Assembly: GCF_006345805.1 (NCBI RefSeq)
Contig: NC_043006.1
Location: 84,630,001 to 84,694,000 of the forward strand
Direction: 5' to 3'
Source of the DNA: Octopus sinensis
Lineage: Eukaryota
Length of the DNA: 64,000 nt
Under the pieces are notes generated by a model. It saw only the letters and a program-made list of their open reading frames with translations. It made no database searches and was not told where the DNA came from. Position numbers and translations under genes: made by a program. Shown piece by piece: positions 53,688 to 64,000 of the stretch (positions are counted from its first letter, which is position 1; each line of letters opens with the position of its first letter).

Positions 53688-55428
53688 ATTAGTTAGTTAG
53701 TTAGTTAGTTAATTTTTTGGCTCAAAAAACAAAAAGCAAGGCTATGTAGGGGGGGCATGGAGTTATGTACAGGGTGGTGTTCATGTAAAGACTTCAGGCC
53801 ACTTGTGGTCAAGGGAGGCTTTGAACCGAGCGGTCGTCGGCATCTTCACCATCTCGTCCGGCAGCTTATTCCACGGATCCGCAACCCGGACGGAGAAAGC
53901 CCCTCTCCTTCGATTGAGATGAAATCGTCGCAGATAGAGCTTTTCGGAATGACCCCGCAGCCGACGCTCTGGAGCAGGAATGAAGAACAGCTCTTTCGAG
54001 AGGTTACACTTTCCGTTTATGATGTTGTGAGCAAGAATGAGATCACCACGGCGTCGTCGTTTTTCTAGAGAATAAAGGTCGAGCGTCTTCAGCCTTTCTT
54101 CATAAGACAAATTCTTGAGACCAAGAACCATGCGGGTAGCCAGCTTCTGGACTCTATCGAGATGCTGTATGTCTTTGAGGAGATAAGGAGAAGAGGCTTG
54201 AATCCCGTACTCCAATATGGGTCTCACCAGCGTGACATAGAGCGGTAGGAATATGGCTGCTGTGAGCATTCCGAATGACCGTCGAATCAAGAACAGAACT
54301 CCGCGTGCTCTGTTGGCAGCATGGACGCACTGGACCGAAGGCGAAAAGGAGGAATCCACCAAAATACCCAGGTCCTTTACCTGATCGGTCCTCTCCAGCA
54401 GCAGACGACCCGGCTCGAAATCAAGTTGAGTTGCAGGAGAAGAGCCAACAAGCAGATGACAGCACTTTGACACGTTCAGACACAGGTCCCATTCGTTAGA
54501 CCATCTCCAAATTTGGAGGAGGCATCGACGAAGATCCTCTATATCTCCGCGAGGAGCGACCAGTTTGACATCATCAGCAAATAGAAGTGTGTGTTGCGTG
54601 AGGTCGTCGGGCAAGTCATTTATGAAGATTAAGAACAATAAGGGCCCAAGCACTGAACCTTGAGGTACGCCACTGCTCGCACTGGAGACGTCGGACCGCG
54701 AACCATTAACTTGGACTTGGAAGGAGCGATCTGAGAGGAAGGCACCAACCCATCGTACAATATCCGGATGGAAACTATATGCTTGAAGCTTGACAAGTAA
54801 TAGGCGGTGGTTTACCGAATCAAAAGCTTTGGCAAAGCCCAATATAACGATGTCAACAGCATCACTATAATCGAGGATGCGCGTCACCAATTCTTCCATT
54901 ACCAGTAAGTTGGTCAAGCATGATCTCTTCGGCACGAAGCCGTGTTGGGAATCAGAGATAGAGGCTGTGTTTTGGAGGTGGAGCATCATACTTTTCTTAA
55001 GGATGGTTTCGAACATCTTGCTGATTATTGATGTAAGGGAAACTGGTCGGTAGTTAAGCGGGTCTTCGCAGCTCCCTTTCTTGAAAATTGGACAGATTAT
55101 CGCCATTCTCCAGTTCGCAGGTATAACATCCGTCGCCAATGACATTGAATAGACGCGTTAAGGGCTCGCAGATAACCGGAGCCAACGCTTTGATAACCCG
55201 TGGGTGTATGCTGTCAGGGCCGTGACCCTTGTTGACATCGAGGCCTTGAATAACGCGTTCGACTTCGTCCCGCGTGATGACCAATCGAAGCATTGGAGGT
55301 ATCGATCTATCAAATGAAGGGGGTTCACGACCATCATCTTGTTTGAAAATAGTTGAAAAAGCCTCGGCAAATAATTGACTCTGTTGATAAGGGTCCTCAA
55401 TCGATACGCCTGTTGAGTCTACCAACGT
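53688..55428 (-). mobile_element. 5'-truncated CR1/L2-group LINE with (TAAC)n tail
   Basis: ORF 53781-55145: NYRPVSLTS, QHGF, AKAFD, SGVPQGSVLGP, LFADD, RPILEYG, SLEKRRRRGDL. The GPD motif is in the frameshifted ORF 55054-55425. Confidence 0.92.
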
Positions 55429-55437
55429 TGCAATTTG

Positions 55438-55492
<55 letters not shown>

Positions 55493-55494
<2 letters not shown>

Positions 55495-56170
55495 TGTTTG
55501 ACTTTTGCTTTACATTTGCACAAGTTGGCTCCAAGTCTCACCCAGAGACCTCAAGAAATAACAAGTTGGAAGTTCATGTTGGTGTTATGCCTAGGGTGCC
55601 ATATATTTGGTTTTGTACTTAGTGTTGTACTAGTGAATGCCTAAAGAATCATACGAAAATTATGTTTGTTTTAAAACTTGAGATTACATAGAAAGTATTT
55701 TGCGTAGGATATGAGCAGTTCCCATGAGCACTATCTTTTGAATTTCTGCCATTTTGGGGTTTCCTAGTATCTGAGTTAGGTAGCAATCAGCCCCTTTTGC
55801 TATCATTCCCAGGGCACCTATGACAACAGGTATTGTTTTAGTCTTCAGGTTCCACATTTTGCTGATTTCTATTTCCAGATCTTTATATTTGCTCAGTTTC
55901 TGGTAGATCTTGACAGATACGTTTATATCGATTGGGACAGTCATATCAATGAGGAGGCATGTTTTTTGTCTGAAGTCTTTTACTATGATGTCTGGCCTAT
56001 TCGCGTCTATCTTTCTGTCAGTTTGAATGATGAAGTTCCAGAGGAGTGAGATATGGTCATTTTCAAGCACTGGAGGTGGTTTGTGTTCCCACCAGTTTTT
56101 ATCATGGGGCAAGTCCAGGTTTTTGCAAATTACCCAGTGAATATATTGTGCAGCTCTATCATGCCTATTG
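55493..56170 (-). mobile_element. R4/Dong-like LINE 3' fragment (RLE endonuclease), flanked by (TAA)n
   Basis: ANRPDIIV..LIDMTVP..KLSKYKDL..PVVIGALG..GTAHILR. Confidence 0.88.
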
Positions 56171-56172
56171 AC

Positions 56173-56235
<63 letters not shown>

Positions 56236-56239
<4 letters not shown>

Positions 56240-57945
56240 TAGTTTTATTTTTATAGCGTGCTTTCACTTCACTACCGGGCGCAGCTCTGTGTGCCTTGGG
56301 TATGTGCTGTGATTTGTTGTGATGCTCTGATGGTTATTGTATGGAAGTGTTCTGCGTAGGATGTGTGCAGTGCCTAGTAGTGCAATTTTCTGTATGTTAT
56401 ATGTGTTTGTAAGTCCTGGTGTTTTTGTTATGTATTTGTCTGAATATTTTTTTATCATGCCTAATGCACCTACTATGATAGAAATTGTTTCTGTTTTCAG
56501 GTTCCACATTCTAGTTACCTCTATTTCCAGGTCTTTGTATTTTGAGAGTTTCTCCATTTCTTTTAGAGACACGTTGTCATCTGCCGGTATTGATACATCA
56601 ATTAGAAAGCATTTTTTTTCTTCATGATCTCTGACAACTATGTCTGGTCTGTTGGCCTTAATTTCTCTATCTGTGTGTATCGGCATATCCCAGAGTATGG
56701 TTGCTTTCTCGTTTTCTGTGACCTTTTCTGGTGTGTGCCTATACCATCTTTTTTCTGTTGTTATTCCATAATGTTGGCATAGCTTCCAATGTATGTAGGT
56801 TCCAACTCTGTCATGTCTGTGAATATATTCCTTCTTAGCCAGGACTGGGCAGCTAGAGATAATATGATTTATTGTTTCTTGTCCATCTCCACATATTCTG
56901 CAGTTACTTGTAATATTTCTTTTCATTACATGTTTTTGGTAATTTCTGGTGGGGAGGCTTTGGTCTTGTGCTGCAATTAAAAATCCCTCTGTTTCTGCTT
57001 TGAGTCCTGAGCTTCTCAACCATTGCTGGGATTTTTCTTTGTCTATTTCTTTTGCGTTTAGTTTAGTGCAGTATTTACCATGAAGGGGTTTTTCTTGCCA
57101 TCGTTTTATCATGGCTCGTTGCTGTTCTATTTTTAGTTTGGATTTCATTTGTTTTATAGCTTTTGTTTTCTTCATCATCTTCTTCTTCTTTGTGTTTATT
57201 AGGTGGTATGGTTTCTTGTTTGTATTTGTCAGCTTCCTTAAATACTGAGAACAGTTTTTTGTTTTGCTCGTGTTTTGCTGCTATCTGGATCAGTTTTCCT
57301 TCCTTCTGAAGTAGGTATTTTTGCAGTCCTATGGTGGTTATTTTATAGTAGTTTTCCAGCTGTATAAGGCCTCTACCACCTTCTATACGTTGTATATATA
57401 GTCTTTCTATGTCAGATTTTGGGTGATGCATCCTAGATCCTGTTAGTATTTTTCTTGTTTTCCTATCTATTTTGGACAGTTCATTTCGTGTCCAGTTAAG
57501 GATATTGTAGCTGTAACTTATAACTGGGACAGCTAAAGTGTTGATACCTATTATCTTTTTTTTAGCATTGAGCTCTGTTTTTAGTATTGATCTAACTCGT
57601 CTATAATATTCTTTTTTTATTTTCTCTTTCATTTGTGTGTGTTGTGTCTTATCTAGTTCATGGATTCCTAAGTATTTGTAAGTTTGGCTTTGGTCTAATT
57701 CTTTTATTTCATTGGTTTTATCTAGTGTGATGTTGTTACTCTTAACTAGTTTTCCTCTTTTCATGGTTACTTTGGCGCATTTTCTAATCCAATTTCATAT
57801 CTATTTCTTTGGTAAATCCATGAACTGTCTTTAATAGTGTTTCCAGCTGTTTGTCATTTGCAGCGTATAGTTTTAGGTCATCCATATATAAAAGGTGGCT
57901 GATCGTTTTGCCGTAACATTTATATATCCGCATCCATTCTATTCT
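56236..57945 (-). mobile_element. R4/Dong-like LINE, 5'-truncated, flanked by (TAA)n
   Basis: SHLLYMDDLKLYA (~57865-57900), YKYLG, GGRGL, CCHC finger, NRPDIV..IDVSIP..KYKDL. Confidence 0.92.
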
Positions 57946-57987
57946 TATTATTATTATTATTATTTATTATTATTATTATTATTATTA

Positions 57988-58020
<33 letters not shown>

Positions 58021-58052
58021 TATTATTATTATATTATTATTATTATTATTAT

Positions 58053-59318
58053 TCAGTAGTTTTATTTTTTATAGCGTGCTTTCACTTCACTACCGGGCGC
58101 AGCTCTGTGTGCCTTGGGTATGTGCTGTGATTTGTTGTGATGCTCTGATGGTTATTGTATGGAAAGTGTTCTGCATAGGATGTGTGCAGTGCCTAGTAGT
58201 GCAATTTTCTGTATGTTATATGTGTTTGTAAGTCCTGGTGTTTTTGTTATGTATTTGTCTGAATATTTTCTTATCATGCCTAATGCACCTGCTATGATAG
58301 GAATTGTTTCTGTTTTTAGATTCCACATTCTGGTTACCTCCATTTCCAGGTCTTTGTATTTTGAAAGTTTCTCCATTTCTTTTAGAGACACGTTGTCATC
58401 TGCCGGTATTGATACATTAATTAGAAAGCATTTTTTTCTTCATGATCTCTGACAACTATATCTGGTCTGTTGGCCTTAATTTCTCTATCTGTGTGTATCG
58501 GCATATCCCAAAGTATGGTTGCTTTCTCGTTTTCTGTGACCTTTTCTGGTGTGTGCCTATACCATCTTTTTTCTGTTGTTATTTCATAATGTTGGCATAG
58601 CTTCCAGTGTATGTAGGTTCCAACTCTGTCATGTCTGTGAATATATTCCTTCTTAGCCAGGACTGGGCAGCCAGAGATAATATGATTTATTGTTTCTTGT
58701 CCATCTCCACATATTCTGCAGTTACTTGATATATTTCTTTTCATTACATGTTTTTGGTAATTTCTGGTGGGGAGGCTTTGATCTTGTGCTGCAATTAAAA
58801 ATCCCTCTGTCTCTGCTTTGAGTCCTGAGCTTCTCAACTATTGCTGGGATTTTTCTTTGTCTATTTCTTTTGCATTTAGTTTAGTCCAGTATTTACCGTG
58901 AAGGGGTTTTTCTTGCCGTCGTTTTATCATGGTTCTTTGCTGTTCTAGTTTTAGTTTGGATTTCAGTTGTTTTGTAGCTTTTGTTGTTTCTTCATCTTCT
59001 TCTTCTTCTTTATATTTGTTAGGTGGTATGATTTCTTGTTTGTATTTGTCAGCTTCCTTAAATACTGAGAACAGTTTTTTGTTTTGCTCGTGTTTTGCTG
59101 CTATTTGTATCAGTTTTCTTTCCTTCTGAAGTAGATATTTTTGCAGTTCTATGGTGGTTATTTTATAGTAGTTTTCCAGCTGTATAAGGCCTCTACCACC
59201 TCCTATACGTTGTATATATAGTCTTTCTATGTCAGATTTTGGGTGATGCATCCAAGACCCTGTCATTATTTTTCTTGTTTTCCTATCTATTTTGGTCAGT
59301 TCATTTAGTGTCCAGTTA
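58053..59318 (-). mobile_element. Second copy of the same R4/Dong-like LINE
   Basis: Same 3' end (..aaaactactg|aataat) and very similar ORF fragments as the 56236 copy, with a different 5' truncation. Confidence 0.92.
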
Positions 59319-59556
59319 TATTATTATTATTATTATTATTATTGATTATTATTATTATTATTTACTGTTAATCTGCATGTTTGTTACAGTCACTTGCTGA
59401 GACACGTACACCGTCCTAGGGCAGGTGAAAGATAAGAGATGTTACAGTATAACTGAAAGGTTGGGGAGGGGAAGTGGCAAGGGCAGTAGCAAAATATCTT
59501 CAGGTAATACAATACAAACATTTAAATTGATAGGGTTTTTCTAAGGACGTGGGCAA

Positions 59557-60052
59557 TGGATTTGATAGACGGAAACTGAGAGAAGCCCGTCGCATATATA
59601 TGTATATATGTACGTATTAATGTGTGTATGCCTGTGTTTGTCCCCCTTCATAACGGACAGTGGTGTGTTTATGTCCCCGTATTTTAGCGGTTTGGCAAAA
59701 GAGACCGATAGAATAAGTACTAGGCTTACAAAGAATAAGTCCTGGATTCGATTTTTTCGACTAAAGACCATTACGGTGGTGCTCCAGCATGGCCGCAGTC
59801 AAATAACTGAAACATGTCAAACAATAAAAGAATATATACTCTCTTACTCTCTTTTACTTGTTTCAGTCATTTGACTGCGGCCATGCTGGAGCACCGCCTT
59901 TAGTCGAGCAAATCGACCCCAGGACTTATTCTTTGGAAGCCTAGTACTTATTCTATCGGTCACTTTTGCCGAACCGCTAAGTTACGGGGACGTAAACACA
60001 CCAGCATCGGTTGTCAAGCGATGTTGGGGGACAAACACAAACACAAACATAT

Positions 60053-60090
<38 letters not shown>

Positions 60091-60217
60091 TATACATATA
60101 TACGACGGGTTTCTTTCAGTTTTCATCTACCAAATCCACTCACAAGGCTTTGGTCGGCCCGAAGCTATAGTAGAAGACACTTGCCCAAGGTGCAGTGGGA
60201 ATGAACCTGGAACCATG
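59557..60217. mobile_element. Tail-to-tail inverted pair of SINE A copies
   Basis: + copy ~59557-59830 and - copy ~59840-60217. Confidence 0.85.
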
Positions 60218-60831
60218 TATGTATATATATATATATATGCATTCATCCATACATACATACATTTATACATACATATATCCATACATATTTTTCCTTTACA
60301 CATTCACACACACTGGCATACACACAGACATATTCACTCGAGTAAACTCAGAATCTGTGATACAGTGAACTTCTACGAACGATATAGACGTGTTCGTATT
60401 CACGGTTGAATGGTTCTAGGTGCACACAGGCATTGCAAATATATACAAGTGCTTCTATGCAGAATATACAGCTTTCCTATAAGGTTATCGAGTCTACGGA
60501 AATATCGATCGATAGCAAGTAAAAAATCAGGCCTAACATCAATACAGTTCGAATGTTCATCTGAAGGCATCGATATCTTGCGCAATTGAGTTCATTGATT
60601 TTCTCCGCTGTTTCCTAATATATTTTTTTTAATGCATACGGACGCGGTGATTACACATTTTCATACGCGTATGTCTCTTACATGCTTCTTCACTGGCGTA
60701 CATTTTCTATCGTCCTTTTGCCAATGTGCATGCATGCTGGTTCACTTGAAACACGCGCACTCACACACGCACACTCACATACGCACAAATGTACGTACTC
60801 ACACACATAAACATAAGTATATAATGCAAAT

Positions 60832-60885
<54 letters not shown>

Positions 60886-60998
60886 TATATGTAAATAAAT
60901 ATATATATATATATATAATCTATATATATATATAAATAATACATATATATACATATATATATATAATATATAATACATATATAATATATATAATATAT

Positions 60999-61038
<40 letters not shown>

Positions 61039-61240
61039 AGTAGTTGAATGAATTATCTTATTAAGGATAATTCGAGAGATAACCGATACCTGGGTAGCAA
61101 TTAACATCAGAAAGAACACGGTTAAGCTACGTCCCTAGGGCATAGACTACGTGTCTTCGTGCGGAAATTTGTATGTTTATTTTAAAATTATAAGTATATG
61201 AAAGAATGGAGTTGAACGACTAGTTAACAAATATCCTTTA

Positions 61241-61323
61241 TTCTCGACATATGTTTCGAAGGCTGCATATTCCTAATTCCGAAGGAATAAGGAGTACATT
61301 ATGCAGATTTCTCATCAGGAAAA
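61241..61323 (-). ncRNA. Type-I hammerhead ribozyme, canonical core, 54-nt stem II
   Basis: ttttc-CTGATGA-gaa..ctgcata..tcct.attcc-ttc-ggaat.agga.tatgcag..ttc-GAAAC-atat-GTC-gagaa. Confidence 0.8.
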
Positions 61324-61883
61324 TCAAGGAACTTATGTCGACATCAAAATGCACAAAAACTTTTAGCTGACCGCTCTCAAGGAGCCCATGGCGATAATGA
61401 GTGTCTCTTTATAAGGAGTGACGTCAGAGTGGCTGAATGTAGAAGAATCTAGAAGGTTCTAAAGGTTCAAGGGTTCAAACGAAGTAGGAGGGGGGAGGCA
61501 TAAGAATAGTAAGTTGAGAGAGTGCAGGTCAAAAGAATGGTGGGTTTAAATGATTTCTGTTGTGAATGAGTGCCTGTGTGTATGACTGTATATAACTGTC
61601 TTAATGTGTGTATGTGTGTGTCTGAATGCGTGATTGTGTTTAAGGATGGGTAGATGTCAGAAAACTGACAGCTGTGAGGTGAGAGGTCTGTGTCTGTGTG
61701 TTCGATTATGTTTACTGTAGAGAAAGGAAAGTAGATAGCGAAAGGGAGAAAGAATCGGGCGAGGTGAGAGGCAACGCAAGAATGGATAGTAGTAATTGGG
61801 AATATAAGAAAATCTTTTTGACTGTTGGGGTGAAATATAGCAAAAATTGTTTTTGGAAATCGAGGGGTTATCTATATTAGTCA

Positions 61884-62840
61884 CTATTTATATGAGTGAA
61901 AGGTGTGTCTTTTCCAGTGTAAACACCTGTAGGATCTTTCGACGATTGTGTTTATTAAAGAGACTTTGGCGAACAAAATATGAAAAAGTTCGGAATTACA
62001 GATGCCACAAAATTTTCTGCCTTTATCAAACGGGAAGGACACCGACAAAATGGACCATTCGAGCTTGAACGTAGTGTTATTGTTCTTCAGACGCCAGACT
62101 AATTTGCTTAGCCCCGTGCTGTGTTGCTTTCTCTTATCTCTGAAAGTGGAATAATGGTTGGAGATCCTTTGGGCTAATTTAGAAGAGGTTGCGCCAATGT
62201 AGAAGTAGACATCGGTTCCAGAAGAGATTTTGCATTGGTAAGTGGTGTTTCTAATTTTGGAATTTTGGGATAAGAACTTTAATCTGTTGGGGTTGGTTTC
62301 CGATACTAAGACAGAGTTTTTATTGTTGTGATAGGTGTAAAAATTGTTGCTGGCTTTGGCCACGATACTATTCATCTTATTATCATTACTATTAGTTGTA
62401 ATATCGTCGGCAAATTCCCTGGCTATAGGAATGCTGCGATTGTTATCATCAATAATATAACTGTTATTAAGAATGCTGGTACTATTACCACCACTGTTAA
62501 TAATCTGGCTAATGTTATTATCATTATTACTATTGCTAACGCTAATGCTGCTATGAATGTTGCTAATATCCATACTACTTCTATTATTATTATTATTGTA
62601 TGTTACGTTGGAATGGGTAAGGGCGGTGTCGCTACTCATGGGTGATGAGACCCTATTTAGCAGCTTATTATTGTGGGAAGCTATTATCTGCAAAAGATTT
62701 TTAGTATTTGAGAATGCTATTCTTACTTTATGCGAATTTATAGTGGAGTAGTATTTAGAATTCCTAGGAAAATTCTTAGCAACGGCTTCACGGAATTGTA
62801 AAGGGAGATTAGACCTGATTTGTCTCCCGAAAGAAATCAC
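61884..62840 (-). pseudogene. PLE linker and GIY-YIG endonuclease ORF with Asn/Ser-rich insertion
   Basis: KNFPRNSKYYSTINSHKVRIAFSNTKNL..HN; TYQC..FYIGATS..RISNHYSTF..TGLSKLVW..WSIL..CGICNSE..CLH. Confidence 0.85.
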
Positions 62841-63300
62841 AAACCAGATATAGTTTTTTTTGTTCTTGGAATGGCTGAGAGTGTTGACATTTACATTAAA
62901 GGGTATATTTCTGTGTTGTAGAATGGGTTTTGGTTTACGCTGGCCTCCCCTGGTCCGTAAATTATTATTGTAAAATATATTTGTGTCGGCGTTGCTAGAG
63001 CTGAAATCACTATTTATGTTATTTATATTATTATTAGAAGTTATCTTATCTTGATGGGCAGATATTAGTTTAGGATGGGCCGGATCGATATATGATACCT
63101 TATCCCTATAACCGGCCTTTTACAAGGCGGCATTATAAAATTCTGCTTTCTGTTTAAAAATGTCAACATTTGCTGATAACTTTGATAGTCAAATATATAT
63201 AAAGTTAATCCAAACAAGAAAGCACAAAAAAACATAACTACGCGAGGACGTGGAACAAATATAGTATTATTGGACGCTCAGGAAAGAGGGAAGAAGGAGG

Positions 63301-63335
63301 GTTTAACGTTTCGAGCGGAGCTCTTCGTCGGAAAC
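63301..63335 (-). ncRNA. Minimal hammerhead motif (CCGACGA core) in a PLE-like terminal repeat
   Basis: gttt-CCGACGA-a-gagc-tcc-gctc-GAAAC-GTT-aaac. Confidence 0.6.
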
Positions 63336-63396
63336 ATAGGAGAAGGAAAGATCCAGAGAAGGGAAGACAGAGGAAAAAATCGCCAACGGTACACAC

Positions 63397-63439
<43 letters not shown>

Positions 63440-63507
63440 TTTTATTTATGCATTGGTTTATGTCTATCACTGTTTGAGTTGCATAATAGTGGTTTTATCT
63501 CTAATTC

Positions 63508-63571
<64 letters not shown>

Positions 63572-63576
63572 TATAT

Positions 63577-63630
<54 letters not shown>

Positions 63631-63767
63631 GGCGTAGGAGTGGCTGTGTGGTAAGTAGCTGGCTTACGAACCACGTGGTTCCGGGTTCAGTCCCACTTCT
63701 ACTATAGCCTCTGGCCGACCAAAGCCTTTATGAGTGGATTTGATAGACGGAAACTGAAAGAAGTCCG

Positions 63768-63799
<32 letters not shown>

Positions 63800-64000
63800 T
63801 GTATGTATGTATGTGCGTGTGTATGTGTGTATACGTATGTGTGTCTGTGTTTGTCCCCCCAACATCGCTTGACAACCGATGCTGGTGTGTTTACGTCCCG
63901 TAACTTATCGGTTCGGCAAAACAGACCGATAGAATAAGTACTAGGCTTCCAGACAATAAGTCCTGGGGTCGACTTGCTCGACTAAAGGCGGTGCTCCAGC
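63631..64000 (+). mobile_element. SINE family A (runs off window end)
   Basis: Matches the copy at 44651. Confidence 0.9.

Larger units (their letters stand above)
61200..63190 (-). mobile_element. 5'-truncated Penelope-like retroelement with 3' terminal region
   Basis: LSKLSANVDIFKQKAEFYNAAL*KAGY RT-thumb remnant, a GIY-YIG ORF and a downstream hammerhead. Confidence 0.85.

Noticed and set aside
60340-60620. Unique-looking sequence as an exon
   Set aside because: Only short ORFs, with no motif or clear splice signals.

Overview
This is AT-rich eukaryotic (animal) DNA, intergenic or intronic. The extreme (TA)n/(CA)n/(TATG)n/(TAA)n microsatellite density and the SINE repertoire suggest a coleoid cephalopod such as Octopus (inference). 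I see no intact host gene, rRNA, true tRNA or CRISPR array, and almost all ORFs in the track are microsatellite artefacts. The window is mostly decayed mobile DNA: at least four tRNA-headed SINE families; CR1/L2-group LINEs, one near full length; an RTE LINE 3' end; several R4/Dong-type RLE LINE fragments sitting in (TAA)n tracts; Penelope-like element (PLE) remnants; a Helitron-like element with ~718-bp tandem units; Tc1/mariner remnants and MITEs; and a Gypsy LTR-PBS-protease remnant. The most notable hidden structure is a set of about a dozen type-I hammerhead-ribozyme motifs (CUGANGA...GAAA-palindrome-NUH). One has a perfect core and a 54-nt stem II and lies downstream of a PLE GIY-YIG ORF; others are arranged as back-to-back inverted pairs. 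Two SINE families also share covarying 3' stem-loops with LINEs in the same window. All structure assignments were made by eye and none is experimentally tested; element boundaries are approximate unless termini or TSDs are quoted.
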